From NCBI GenBank assembly GCA_964455265.1, contig CAYVVI010000001.1:4593-68592 (forward strand): a stretch of DNA of 64,000 nt, read 5' to 3'. This document shows, piece by piece, positions 9,335 to 18,187 of the stretch (positions within the stretch are counted from its first letter, which is position 1; each line of letters opens with the position of its first letter). This DNA comes from an uncultured Flavobacteriales bacterium (GTDB lineage: Bacteria > Bacteroidota > Bacteroidia > Flavobacteriales_D > Parvicellaceae). A program made the translations under genes and the position numbers. Under the pieces are notes generated by a model. It was not told the origin of the DNA and made no database searches. It worked only from the letters and a program-made list of their open reading frames with translations.

Positions 9335-9714
9335 TATTCACCTAATTTATGACTTTCATCACCATCACCTAATTCTTTAGAATAGGGGCTTGCAATAAAA
9401 ACTATACTTTTTATATTTGGATTTAACTGATTATCCTTGTCTCCTAACATTTCAATAGATTTTTTACTTATTTGGAATTTCTCTGAACGCAAATAATCGG
9501 GATTTTTGAATGAAAAATAACAATAGAATATTAGTCCCACCAATTCAAAAAGCACCCCTAAGCAAAATATTATAATTGTTACCCAAATTGAAGTTGAAAA
9601 TATCGCGGAAATTGTACCGAGAGCAAGTAGATATAGTCCATAGCGAAATAGAGAGTCTGTTATACTCTTTACCTGTATTTTATTAATTTGCTCTAATACC
9701 TTTGTCCAATTCAC
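9334..9714 (-). CDS. hypothetical membrane protein (2 TM)
   Basis: 126-aa ORF with two clear hydrophobic helices (LYLLALGTISAIFSTSIWVTIIIFCLGVLFELVGLIFYCYF). Confidence 0.5.
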   Translation of the reverse strand: MNWTKVLEQINKIQVKSITDSLFRYGLYLLALGTISAIFSTSIWVTIIIFCLGVLFELVGLIFYCYFSFKNPDYLRSEKFQISKKSIEMLGDKDNQLNPNIKSIVFIASPYSKELGDGDESHKLGE

Positions 9715-9819
9715 TTTGCAAATAATTTAATAGTTTATATTCTATTATCACTTAACATTACTATCAGTTTGCCACTATATCAAGATTATAATTTTTAGAT
9801 AATCTAATTTCATCAAAAC

Positions 9820-11658
9820 TTACCATATTAACAAAATATCATTCGCCAAAATTGTCGTTCTATCGCTAATTTTCTTTTCATCCCAAACTTTGTCTCCACT
9901 GTCATAAATATCCAATATATCAAAGCGCGTAATGCCTAAATCAGCATAATGTCTTATCCCTCTTTTTCTTCCTTCTCCTTCAATTTTTCTGCTGAACTCA
10001 TAATTTCTAAGAGATGTATTCAATGAACTATTTAGTAAAGTCATATTACCAATTGAGTAAATTTTTGAGTAGCGTTCTTTTTTTGCCAATTCCTTATCTG
10101 TAATAACATTTGATACGCTATCAACGATATCAATATTACTCCAATACTCCTCCCACTTTTGAGGCATAACGTGTTCAAGAGAGTAATTGTATTTAAGTTC
10201 TTTTACTGATTGTTTGCTGTCGTTTGCTCGCCTGTAAAGTTCTACCCAAAATAATAACAATGTAGCATTTTTATTGACAATTGCAGTCAAACCGTTTTTC
10301 ACTTCGTCATTGGTTTGTTCAGCGAGTTTAGTGTCAATCGATGAATTGTCTTTGATGAATTCTTTACACATCTTGTTGTAACTTTTCGTTTCAGACTTTG
10401 TAATCATTCGTCTTACAACTAATGTTTCAATTTTATGTAATTCCTCTAAAAGTTTTGTTTCGTTACTATCGTATTTGAAGAAAAGCGATAAAATGTATGG
10501 GTGAAAAGTTGATATTTCACACACACTTAGTATATGAAAAAGTCTTGCGTAATTATCCTGATAATTAAATAGTGTGCTACCATTAAATACCAAAATTTTC
10601 TCTCTGAAAAGTTTAGCATATTTTGAAATTTCTTCAATGAATTTTTTTAGGTCGTCTTTTGAAACTTTGGAAATATAAGTTTTGTAAAGGCTAGACAAGT
10701 CGGATAAGGTATGCTTATCTGGGTCGAAGAAACCCTTGATTACCGAGATTGAGTGTAGCAAAATTTCAATGTTATCACGCATTAACCTGCCTGTTGCTCT
10801 TGGTGTGTCCCAAAAGTTGATTGCATCTTCGTCTATTGAAAATACATCTTCCCACTTTTCATTGTATAGTGTTTCTACTTCATCTGCATTGTCAAACAAG
10901 TCTAGTGCTTTTTGAAACAAAGCATTTTTAATGATATCTGCACTACTAAGTCTTACCCCAGCACTATTAATTGTATCGAAAATCGCTTGTTCGTCTTCTT
11001 TTTCTGACAAGTCAATAATTACAAGGATTTTGTTTTCTTGGTCTAATAAACGATTAAATAATTCAAGTCTGCTGTCAATATTGATGTCTTTGAGCTTTTC
11101 AGAAAAATATTTGAAGCATTGTAATACTTTATTGTTTTTTGATAGAGTTTTTGTCGCAGGGTTCTCAATAATTACAGCATTGTATTCATCTTCTTCAATT
11201 TCGTTATTTATTATCCTCTGGAAATACTTTTTGTCAATTTTTGAATGTTCAATCTTCACAAAGTAATTTTTGTCGGTCTGGTTCTTTTTAAAAAACAAAT
11301 AATTTCTGAGAGAAGATTCGCAGTTTTTTTGAGTTTCCTCGTCAAAGCTATTGTAGATTGCTCTTAACAACACACTTAGGGTTGTAAGTCTTTGCTGTCC
11401 GTCAATTACTAAAACCTCCTTTGGTTTTCCTGATTGTTTTTCTTGTTGCTTGAGAATTAAAGAACCTAAGAAATGACTTTTTTCAAAGTCTAATAAGTCT
11501 GTCAAAATATCTTCCCAATTTGTTATGTCCCAAACATAGCCACGTTGAAAAAAAGGAATTCTTACAAGTCCTTCGTTACCTAAAAATGTCAATGACATTG
11601 CTTCTGCTTTCATAAATATTATATCTTTTAATTTAGTTAATTTGTAAAAATGTTTCAA
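9820..11658 (-). CDS. GmrSD-like type IV (modification-dependent) restriction endonuclease, DUF262 + DUF1524
   Basis: DUF262 signatures are IPFFQRGYVW and DGQQRLTT in the N-terminal half. The C-terminal half has a His-Me/HNH-like LEHVMPQ motif followed by NMTLL..SLN. The true start may be the internal MKAEAMS. Confidence 0.8.
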   Translation of the reverse strand: MKHFYKLTKLKDIIFMKAEAMSLTFLGNEGLVRIPFFQRGYVWDITNWEDILTDLLDFEKSHFLGSLILKQQEKQSGKPKEVLVIDGQQRLTTLSVLLRAIYNSFDEETQKNCESSLRNYLFFKKNQTDKNYFVKIEHSKIDKKYFQRIINNEIEEDEYNAVIIENPATKTLSKNNKVLQCFKYFSEKLKDINIDSRLELFNRLLDQENKILVIIDLSEKEDEQAIFDTINSAGVRLSSADIIKNALFQKALDLFDNADEVETLYNEKWEDVFSIDEDAINFWDTPRATGRLMRDNIEILLHSISVIKGFFDPDKHTLSDLSSLYKTYISKVSKDDLKKFIEEISKYAKLFREKILVFNGSTLFNYQDNYARLFHILSVCEISTFHPYILSLFFKYDSNETKLLEELHKIETLVVRRMITKSETKSYNKMCKEFIKDNSSIDTKLAEQTNDEVKNGLTAIVNKNATLLLFWVELYRRANDSKQSVKELKYNYSLEHVMPQKWEEYWSNIDIVDSVSNVITDKELAKKERYSKIYSIGNMTLLNSSLNTSLRNYEFSRKIEGEGRKRGIRHYADLGITRFDILDIYDSGDKVWDEKKISDRTTILANDILLIW

Positions 11659-11804
11659 TATTCTTTCCCAAAACGATTTATAGCTAATTGAAAGTGGTAA
11701 TTTAGACGAAATTCACTGTAAACCAAACAAGTGTTGAGGGCACTGCGCTTGATTTAACCACGTTAACCCCCATTGCGACAAACGGCTTTTGGCTGCTGTG
11801 CTTC

Positions 11805-12191
11805 TCATTTGTCAGTTTTGATTATAATATTTTCAGTCGACCCACTTAAATGAATTAATTTATTCAAATAGTCAACTTGACCTTTTATAGACTTTTGTTC
11901 AAGTGATTCCAAAATTTCTTGTCGTTCTTTCTCTTCTAACTTTGCTAATAGAACTTTTAAAGTTTCCTGAACCTTTACAAACTCTTCAAATGTCAATACT
12001 CGATTAGTATGAGCAATTTCGTTTCTAATTGTCCCAATACTTTTGATTGTTTCTAGTTGGTTTTTGTGTTCTTTTAGAAGTGTTTCAAAATTTTGTTCAG
12101 CCTTTTTCTTTCTGTAAAAAGTCAAAACAGACAGAATTACTCCAAGAAGTCCTGTCGCCATTGCTATGTATGTTAATATTTCTGATTTCAT
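11805..12191 (-). CDS. membrane-anchored mini-HEPN-like protein
   Basis: 128 aa with one N-terminal TM helix (ILTYIAMATGLLGVILSVLTF), then a helical domain carrying IRNEIAH, which matches the HEPN RNxxxH motif. It overlaps the upstream ORF by 4 nt. Confidence 0.45.
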   Translation of the reverse strand: MKSEILTYIAMATGLLGVILSVLTFYRKKKAEQNFETLLKEHKNQLETIKSIGTIRNEIAHTNRVLTFEEFVKVQETLKVLLAKLEEKERQEILESLEQKSIKGQVDYLNKLIHLSGSTENIIIKTDK

Positions 12192-12580
12192 TTTGTCGTG
12201 TTTGAAAGGTTAAACAAGAAGAAAGGTTCTTTACCGTTTATGTGTCTGCCCCAACGCTCAAAAAAGTGCATTATGAATATTAATAACAAACAATATGACA
12301 CTCCACTGTCTAGAAATGGCAAGGCACTTTTTGAATCTATTACCTGTCCTTTATATGAACCGGCAATTAGAATTCCAATTAAAAAGCAAATAGCAAGCAT
12401 CCACTCTTTTTTTGAGCTAAAACCTGTTGCAAAAGCATACATTGAAACACATAAAATGTATGAGTCCATACTTATGTCTTTGGTATGCATATATTCAAAC
12501 CAAAGTGGTATTAAAGGCAGTATTTGAAAAAAAACTACTGCGGAAATAAAATGTCCAATATTTTTATTGTCATCTGTCAT
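12188..12580 (-). CDS. hypothetical polytopic membrane protein
   Basis: 130 aa with about 4 hydrophobic helices. It is translationally coupled to the mini-HEPN ORF. Confidence 0.5.
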   Translation of the reverse strand: MTDDNKNIGHFISAVVFFQILPLIPLWFEYMHTKDISMDSYILCVSMYAFATGFSSKKEWMLAICFLIGILIAGSYKGQVIDSKSALPFLDSGVSYCLLLIFIMHFFERWGRHINGKEPFFLFNLSNTTK

Positions 12581-12764
12581 AGTGTCTACGTTTTTTCATT
12601 TTCATTGTCGTTTTAGCATTGCAGCCAACGTTTTTCAACTATACGCAGGCAGGGATTTTTACCACTGAACTTCCTACGAAGAACTGAACTTTAAATCTAC
12701 CACTTTCCTCTCCTACGAAGCACGAAACCCCTGCTTGCGTATAGGTGATGTTAGCCTACGTTTA

Positions 12765-13340
12765 TTACCAATGAACAAATAACGTTAATCTTCTAGGTCC
12801 ACCAGTGTCAACATACGTATATGAAGGAATAATTCGATAATTACCCTTTTCTACAAGTTTACTGGAACCACCTAGTCTTGTAACTTCTTGTCCTGTAAAT
12901 GTATAATTTCTGCCGCCACTAGTGTTTTTTATTTCAACATGGTTCACACGGACACCGTCAGGTATTGCTTCCACCGAAACTCGAACTCCGTCCCTTCCAG
13001 CTGTAAATGAGTCAACACCACGATGAAACATACACCCATTTCTATCACAGTTAGCATGTGTACTTCCATGTCTATGTTCATTTTCTAGATTTAGACTTTT
13101 ATTGTTGTCATCTTCTTCTTTAACTCCAGAATCATTATGACTTTCAGATGGGAATAGTTTGATATGGGCGTCAAGGTCAAGTTGAGCTTCTGCTTGAGTT
13201 TCTCTTCTCATTCCTTCACAGTCATGATTCTTACAAAATGAAATGTATTTTTTCATGGGTCGATATTTAAGGGTATGGACATAATTTAATTGCTGCTGCA
13301 AGGGCTTTATCACAAGCCCTTTTCTTTGTTTCGTCATCAC
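12765..13340 (-). CDS. hypothetical protein (probable true start at 13256, MKKYISF)
   Basis: Long ORF. The first 28 codons overlap a better-looking small Cys-rich ORF in another frame, so the ATG at 13256 is the more likely start. No family was recognised. Confidence 0.45.
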   Translation of the reverse strand: MMTKQRKGLVIKPLQQQLNYVHTLKYRPMKKYISFCKNHDCEGMRRETQAEAQLDLDAHIKLFPSESHNDSGVKEEDDNNKSLNLENEHRHGSTHANCDRNGCMFHRGVDSFTAGRDGVRVSVEAIPDGVRVNHVEIKNTSGGRNYTFTGQEVTRLGGSSKLVEKGNYRIIPSYTYVDTGGPRRLTLFVHW

Positions 13341-13398
13341 CAGCTGCTGCTACATAGCAAGCAATTAGTTCAGCTTGAGCTTTTTTGAGACACTTCAT
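13267..13398 (-). CDS. possible 43-aa Cys-rich helical peptide (MKCLKKAQAELIACYVAAAGDDETKKRACDKALAAAIKLCPYP)
   Basis: Translated by hand; it is too short for the ORF track. It stops 10 nt before the ATG at 13256. Cys spacing resembles the neighbouring Cys-rich protein at 13673-13957. Weak support. Confidence 0.25.
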   Translation of the reverse strand: MKCLKKAQAELIACYVAAAGDDETKKRACDKALAAAIKLCPYP

Positions 13399-13672
13399 AC
13401 AAGGTGTTTCATTTGCTTCTTCAATGGATTTTTGGATGTTGTTCTATTCCATATTATTTATTTACAGTTTTTATTCAATGTAGGCTAACTTGCAGCTTGG
13501 CGCTATAAAGTTGCGCATATACACCCAATTTCGGGTAGATTGGCGCTACTATTGTTCATTTTTGCTTTCTCATATCTACTTAATAACTTAACATTTATTT
13601 AATTGCATAAATGAAAATTAGCTTGAAGCAAAAAGGGATGTTCTATGATTAATAGAACATCCCTTAAAAGCT

Positions 13673-13957
13673 TTATTTTTCAACACCCAAGCACGATCTC
13701 AAACCAGCATCGCATTTATCTTCACATGTGCCACATTCTTTCAAACACTTATGAAAGGGTTCCCACGCAATTTTGTCTTCAAATGGAGTTCCAGCTGGTG
13801 GCATTAGGGCTTTACATCCTTCCAAGCAATTATCATAGTTTGCTTTACATTCTTTCTTGCATTCATTCCACGTTGAAACACATTCTTTGAACTCGGGTTT
13901 ACATGCGTTAAATGTTAAGATTAACATTCCAATTAGTACTGTTTTTAATGTTGACAT
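13673..13957 (-). CDS. small Cys-rich lipoprotein/secreted protein
   Basis: The signal peptide with lipobox-like end is MSTLKTVLIGMLILTFNAC. The mature part has 11 Cys in repeated CxxxC/CxxC-like spacing. The start was moved to the internal ATG at 13957. Confidence 0.55.
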   Translation of the reverse strand: MSTLKTVLIGMLILTFNACKPEFKECVSTWNECKKECKANYDNCLEGCKALMPPAGTPFEDKIAWEPFHKCLKECGTCEDKCDAGLRSCLGVEK

Positions 13958-14180
13958 AGTTATTTGATTTTTGGTTAATACACTTTTTAAATTAATGCAC
14001 CCAACCCTCAAAATTTAAAACTGCAAAGTAGAATGAGGGCTGGGGCGCAAGAATTTTGGGTTAACATAGTATGGTAATTCTAATTATACATGGCAAAGTT
14101 GAGCCAAAGAAATGACATGACACCCCCCAAAATCTATAGTTTTTCACCTATAGATTTATATAGGTAAGAGTGGGAAATCT

Positions 14181-15938
14181 TTATGATATTAATGGAAAAA
14201 TAGCGCTAATAGTACTGCCATTATTAGGAAATGACTGAATGGTGAGCTTTCCATTAAAGCGTTTAACTCTAGAATTGATGCTTTGTAGACCTACGCCTTT
14301 TTTAACTTCATTCGGATTAAACCCAACACCATTGTCTTGGTAAATTACAGAAAAGTGTTTGCTGGTTTGAGTAACGGCTAAATGAATTGAGGATGCTGAA
14401 GAATACTTAATACCATTATTTAAAAGTTCTTGAACAACTCTATAAATGTTAAGTTGTAGGGAATCATTTAACTTACTTTGAATAGTATATACAAATGTAA
14501 TCTTTGATTTTTGTTTTGTAGATTGTGATGTGTTAACTAGTTCTTCAAGGGCTTTTTCTAAACCATAGGACTTAAGAACAGGAGAAAAAAGCTCGTGAGA
14601 AATTGACCTAGAACGTGCATTAGCATGAACCAGTAAATTGTCAACCCTACTATAAAGCTCTTCACTATTATTACTTAACAATACTGATTTTGAATGCGTA
14701 AATAGCATTCGCGCCATACCCAATGTTGCACCCAAATCATCATGTAACTCTTGAGAGATGCGTTCTCTTTCATTTTCTTGAGCATCAATGGTAGCAGATA
14801 TTACGGCTATGTCTTTTTCATTACGCGATTTGATTATTCTCCACAGAGCTATTCCAAGAAGGATGATAAGTATGATAAAACCTATTAGAAAATACGTTCT
14901 GATTGTTAAATTTTCTGCTTCTTCTTGCTTTTTAGATAGTTTCAAATCGGAGATTTGGCGGTCACGTTCAGATGCTTCATACTTCTCTTGCATTTCTGCT
15001 ATTGCCCTTGCTTTCTCCTTGTCATAAATTTGGTCTTTAACTTCTACAAATTGTTTGAGGTATTTTAGAGACAATGCGCTATTACCCGTTTTTTCATATG
15101 CCTCGCTAAGGTTAAAAAGTATTTTCTTTTTGTAATCGGGGTAGTTAAGCGTATCTGTATAGTGTAATGCTTGCCTAAAATAATTTATCGCTTCTTCAAA
15201 TTTGTTTGACGTTAATTTTAAGTAAGCCAAATTATTGAGATTTATGAGTATTCCTTCTTTGTCATTAATTTCTCTACTAATTGCCATAGATTTATTAATG
15301 TAATATTCTGAAGAATCTTTATTATTTAATCCTTGGTATGCACTAGCAATATTGCCAAGTACTATGCTTCTGCTAAGCTTATTTTTATTGGGAATAAATT
15401 TTAGGTTGTTTTTGTAATATCTTAATGCATCATCAAATTTTTGTGTTTCTATATATAATGAAGCTATGTCACCAGCAGATTTTGCTTTAAATAGGGAGTC
15501 TGTACTCAATAAACTTTTATTATAAACATCTACTAGTAGTTTTTCAGCTGAATCAAAGTTTCTTAATAAAACATGAGTTAACCCAAGTGTTGATTTAATC
15601 TTAGAATTTAAATCTTCGTTTACTGAATTCAATTTTAGAGCAGCTGACAAGTAAAATACTGTAGAATCAAATTGCGCAAGATTTTTATACCCAAACCCTA
15701 CTAAATATAACAAAGCAGACTTTTCTTCATTGCCATTAAGTAATTGAATCGTTTTTTTATAAAATGGGATGCCAAATTCAAAGTTCTTAGACTCATAAAG
15801 AGAGTCCCCGTTTTTAATTAAATATTGAATATCCCTATTCGTAATTTTATATAAAAAAGAAGCAGCTTTATCTTGCGCATTTGCTGATAAAACTGCTAAA
15901 AGAATTAAGAGAGTTAAATATGATTTGGCTATATTCAT
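14181..15938 (-). CDS. sensor histidine kinase (signal peptide + TPR repeats + TM + HisKA_3 + HATPase_c)
   Basis: Signal peptide, multiple TPR-like repeats, a TM segment (YFLIGFIILIILLGIALW), a HisKA_3 H-box (ERERISQELHDDLG), and a C-terminal ATPase with NGIKYS / DNGVGF / GVGL boxes. Confidence 0.85.
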   Translation of the reverse strand: MNIAKSYLTLLILLAVLSANAQDKAASFLYKITNRDIQYLIKNGDSLYESKNFEFGIPFYKKTIQLLNGNEEKSALLYLVGFGYKNLAQFDSTVFYLSAALKLNSVNEDLNSKIKSTLGLTHVLLRNFDSAEKLLVDVYNKSLLSTDSLFKAKSAGDIASLYIETQKFDDALRYYKNNLKFIPNKNKLSRSIVLGNIASAYQGLNNKDSSEYYINKSMAISREINDKEGILINLNNLAYLKLTSNKFEEAINYFRQALHYTDTLNYPDYKKKILFNLSEAYEKTGNSALSLKYLKQFVEVKDQIYDKEKARAIAEMQEKYEASERDRQISDLKLSKKQEEAENLTIRTYFLIGFIILIILLGIALWRIIKSRNEKDIAVISATIDAQENERERISQELHDDLGATLGMARMLFTHSKSVLLSNNSEELYSRVDNLLVHANARSRSISHELFSPVLKSYGLEKALEELVNTSQSTKQKSKITFVYTIQSKLNDSLQLNIYRVVQELLNNGIKYSSASSIHLAVTQTSKHFSVIYQDNGVGFNPNEVKKGVGLQSINSRVKRFNGKLTIQSFPNNGSTISAIFPLIS

Positions 15939-15965
15939 TAACCAAATATACTTTAAATATTATTG

Positions 15966-16286
15966 CTATCCATGTCTAACAATAACTCCGCCATTACCAT
16001 TACTACCCCCACCATTAACCACAACTTCTAGGTATGGCTTGGTGTTGTCTAATACAAGGTTAGTGTCAATGTTTACGCTACCATCAAAAGAAAATGGATT
16101 ACCGTTGCCCACTTCCTCAAGCTCAATAGTAACTTTTATGCCTGGTAATGCCGTAGTACTATAATCGTTAATCTGTTCTTGAACAACGGATTTTTGGCTG
16201 TAACGTTTCCCCGGACTAAGAACGGTGTATTCAAGGGTTTTGCTTCCGTTTGAGTTTGCAATTAATTTAGCTAATACTGAATTCAT
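15966..16286 (-). CDS. hypothetical small protein with Gly/Asn-rich C-terminus
   Basis: 106-aa ORF immediately upstream of, and co-oriented with, the kinase. It ends in VVVNGGGSNGNGGVIVRHG. No family was recognised. Confidence 0.45.
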   Translation of the reverse strand: MNSVLAKLIANSNGSKTLEYTVLSPGKRYSQKSVVQEQINDYSTTALPGIKVTIELEEVGNGNPFSFDGSVNIDTNLVLDNTKPYLEVVVNGGGSNGNGGVIVRHG

Positions 16287-16477
16287 AATGTTTGTGGGTT
16301 TTAAGATTAATAATAATTACAAATAAATATACAATTATATAGTTACACAACCCCTTTTTATATAGTTTAAGCACTATATAATTCTATGAAAAAACTAAAA
16401 TAAACTATATAAAAATATAGTAAAAAACTATGTGTTTTGGGGTTAACTGTTTAAAAGTAAAATGGTTAATTTGCATT

Positions 16478-16837
16478 ATGAAATCTCTATATCTTACTAT
16501 TGTTAATTTTATATTAATACTTGCTATTGTTGTAGCATGTTCTGAAAATGAGTCTAAAAAAAAGAGTATAGCAAAGGAACTTTTATTAGAACAATGTGAG
16601 GTAATAATATCTAAGGTTGATGTAATGTATTTAAGCGACATGCCTGAAGATTCGTATGCTGCTTCTTGCGATTGTATTTCTGAAATTATTGCTGCCGATT
16701 TAGCAGAAAATTACTCATCCGAAAAAATAAATCGAATGAAAGAAATACCTTATGAACTAGTTCGAGAAATTGAATCTAAGTTAATTAAGCACAGAGATGA
16801 GATAGGAGATAATTGCCTTTCAAGAACTAGTCAATAA
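16478..16837 (+). CDS. small lipoprotein
   Basis: The internal ATG at 16478 gives MKSLYLTIVNFILILAIVVAC (signal peptide + lipobox Cys). The 3' end overlaps the convergent response regulator gene by 11 nt. Confidence 0.5.
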   Translation: MKSLYLTIVNFILILAIVVACSENESKKKSIAKELLLEQCEVIISKVDVMYLSDMPEDSYAASCDCISEIIAADLAENYSSEKINRMKEIPYELVREIESKLIKHRDEIGDNCLSRTSQ

Positions 16838-17450
16838 TACCCATTTTAAAAGCAATTCTAGCTAAGTCTGTAGTAGAAGTAACGCCCAATTTTAAGCGTA
16901 GATTTTTTTTGTGATAATCTACTGTTGCTATGTGAATGTTTAACCTATCAGCAATTTTTTTTCCTTTTACTCCTTCAGCTATAAGTTTTAAAATTTCTAA
17001 TTCTCTTTCGCTTAACTCTGTGTTTGGCTCAAATTTGGCCAGTGCCATCATCTGAGAAGATTCTCTACACAAATATTGCTTGCCATTAAGAACAGCACTA
17101 ATGGCTTTAAGTAAATCATTAACTCCTGTGCTTTTAATCAAATAACCATCTATACCATTTTTTAAACCATTGCTTACATACTCTTTATTTGAATACTGAG
17201 ACAGCAATATTACCTTTATATTAGGTCTTAATCTTTTCACCTCTTTAGCTAAATCCAAACCACTTTTTTCGGGAAGTTTAATGTCAGAAATCACCAAATC
17301 AATATTTCTGTAATTATTATTCAAATACTCTATGGCTGATTCTGCATTATTCTGCTTGGATATAACTAAATGGGTACTTTGATTTTCGATTAAGAATTTA
17401 AGCGAATCGGTAACAATTTCGTGGTCGTCAACTAAAACTATATTAGCCAT
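16827..17450 (-). CDS. LuxR/NarL-family response regulator (REC + LuxR HTH)
   Basis: The receiver domain has LVDDHEIV and LVISDIKLPEKSG (phospho-Asp context). The C-terminal HTH is LSERELEILKLIAEGVKGKKIADRLNIHIATVDYHKKNLRLKLGV. Confidence 0.9.
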   Translation of the reverse strand: MANIVLVDDHEIVTDSLKFLIENQSTHLVISKQNNAESAIEYLNNNYRNIDLVISDIKLPEKSGLDLAKEVKRLRPNIKVILLSQYSNKEYVSNGLKNGIDGYLIKSTGVNDLLKAISAVLNGKQYLCRESSQMMALAKFEPNTELSERELEILKLIAEGVKGKKIADRLNIHIATVDYHKKNLRLKLGVTSTTDLARIAFKMGIID

Positions 17451-17520
17451 AAATAGGTTTGTATATGAGGTTATAAATTTACAAAAATTCTGCTTTTATC
17501 GAATCATTAACCCTATAAAA

Positions 17521-17559
17521 ACCAAAATGGTCATTCCTCGTTCGGATGACCATTTTGGT
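17521..17559 (-). terminator. Rho-independent terminator of the 20333-17714 operon
   Basis: ACCAAAATGGTCAT-N11-ATGACCATTTTGGT, a 14-bp perfect stem. On the minus strand it is followed by TTTTAT. Confidence 0.7.
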
Positions 17560-17713
17560 ACTTTGCCTATGAAAAAACTAATTGTTAACCTTAGCGCTAA
17601 GGTAATAATTTTTGTAAATATGAAAAACATTGGGTGTTATTTTTTTTTGACTTTAGGGTTTTATTCTCTATACGAAATTTCAAGAGCCCTAGAAATCTCA
17701 TTGGCAAGGTTAG

Positions 17714-18187
17714 TTAGTTTTTAAGAGAGGCATTTTTTTTATATAATGTTGGTAATAGCTTTCTTCCTACCATTAATTGATTGTAATAAATCCCTATTAT
17801 TACAATAATCATTTCTGGAGTTACATACTTCATTTCATAAAAAAAACTATGCCACCAGTCAAAATCATCTATAGATTCAGGGAAACGCCAAAGAAAGCCT
17901 ATTCTGATTATTTGATGAGCAAACATAAATAGAATTTGAAACACCAATAGTATTCGCCAATGATAATGTATTTTTTTTGTAATTTTTATAAGAAAGGGGC
18001 TAAATGGAGCAGTAATTAAACCATTAATAAGAAATAGATTACTTTCCAAATCAGCACCAGATGTGTAATATATATAGTCAAAAGAATAAATTATTTTATA
18101 AGATAAATGGCCAATTCCGATTACTATTAATTCATTTATGGCAAGGCATATTAAAATGAATTTTATCCAGTTATTAAATATTATCAT
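17714..18187 (-). CDS. hypothetical polytopic membrane protein (immunity-like position)
   Basis: 157 aa with about 4-5 TM helices. It overlaps the upstream papain-fold ORF by 4 nt. Confidence 0.5.
   Translation of the reverse strand: MIIFNNWIKFILICLAINELIVIGIGHLSYKIIYSFDYIYYTSGADLESNLFLINGLITAPFSPFLIKITKKIHYHWRILLVFQILFMFAHQIIRIGFLWRFPESIDDFDWWHSFFYEMKYVTPEMIIVIIGIYYNQLMVGRKLLPTLYKKNASLKN

Noticed and set aside
12641-12742. A 14-bp GC-rich stem (ATACGCAGGCAGGG / CCCTGCTTGCGTAT, one G-T pair) encloses two imperfect direct repeats (ACCACT..TCCTACGAAG) in the intergenic region. I considered a possible structured RNA or MITE.
   Set aside because: A rough expectation for such a stem within 100 bp in 64 kb is of order one. 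I recognise no RNA family, and strand and function are unclear. It is worth a covariance-model scan (Rfam) but is not supportable as a feature.
12750-13489. A 10-bp inverted repeat (GTTAGCCTAC / GTAGGCTAAC) flanks the 12765-13340 ORF. I considered an invertible or transposable segment.
   Set aside because: Exact 10-mers in inverted orientation within 1 kb are expected dozens of times by chance in a window of this size. There is no transposase and there are no target-site duplications.
14130-14157. The inverted repeat AAATCTATAG-N8-CTATAGATTT and similar CTATA-type repeats near 16335-16425, considered as specific regulator sites.
   Set aside because: These are AT-rich 10-bp arms. About one or two such repeats are expected by chance, so they are mentioned only as weak candidates in the two-component-system finding.
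17521-17559. The terminator hairpin arms contain ATGGTCAT/ATGACCAT, resembling the GGTCAT/ATGACC half-sites of the CIS palindromic motif.
   Set aside because: The spacing (11 nt vs 3 nt) and the flanks differ. It sits at an operon end with a T-run and fits a plain Rho-independent terminator, so the similarity is probably coincidental.
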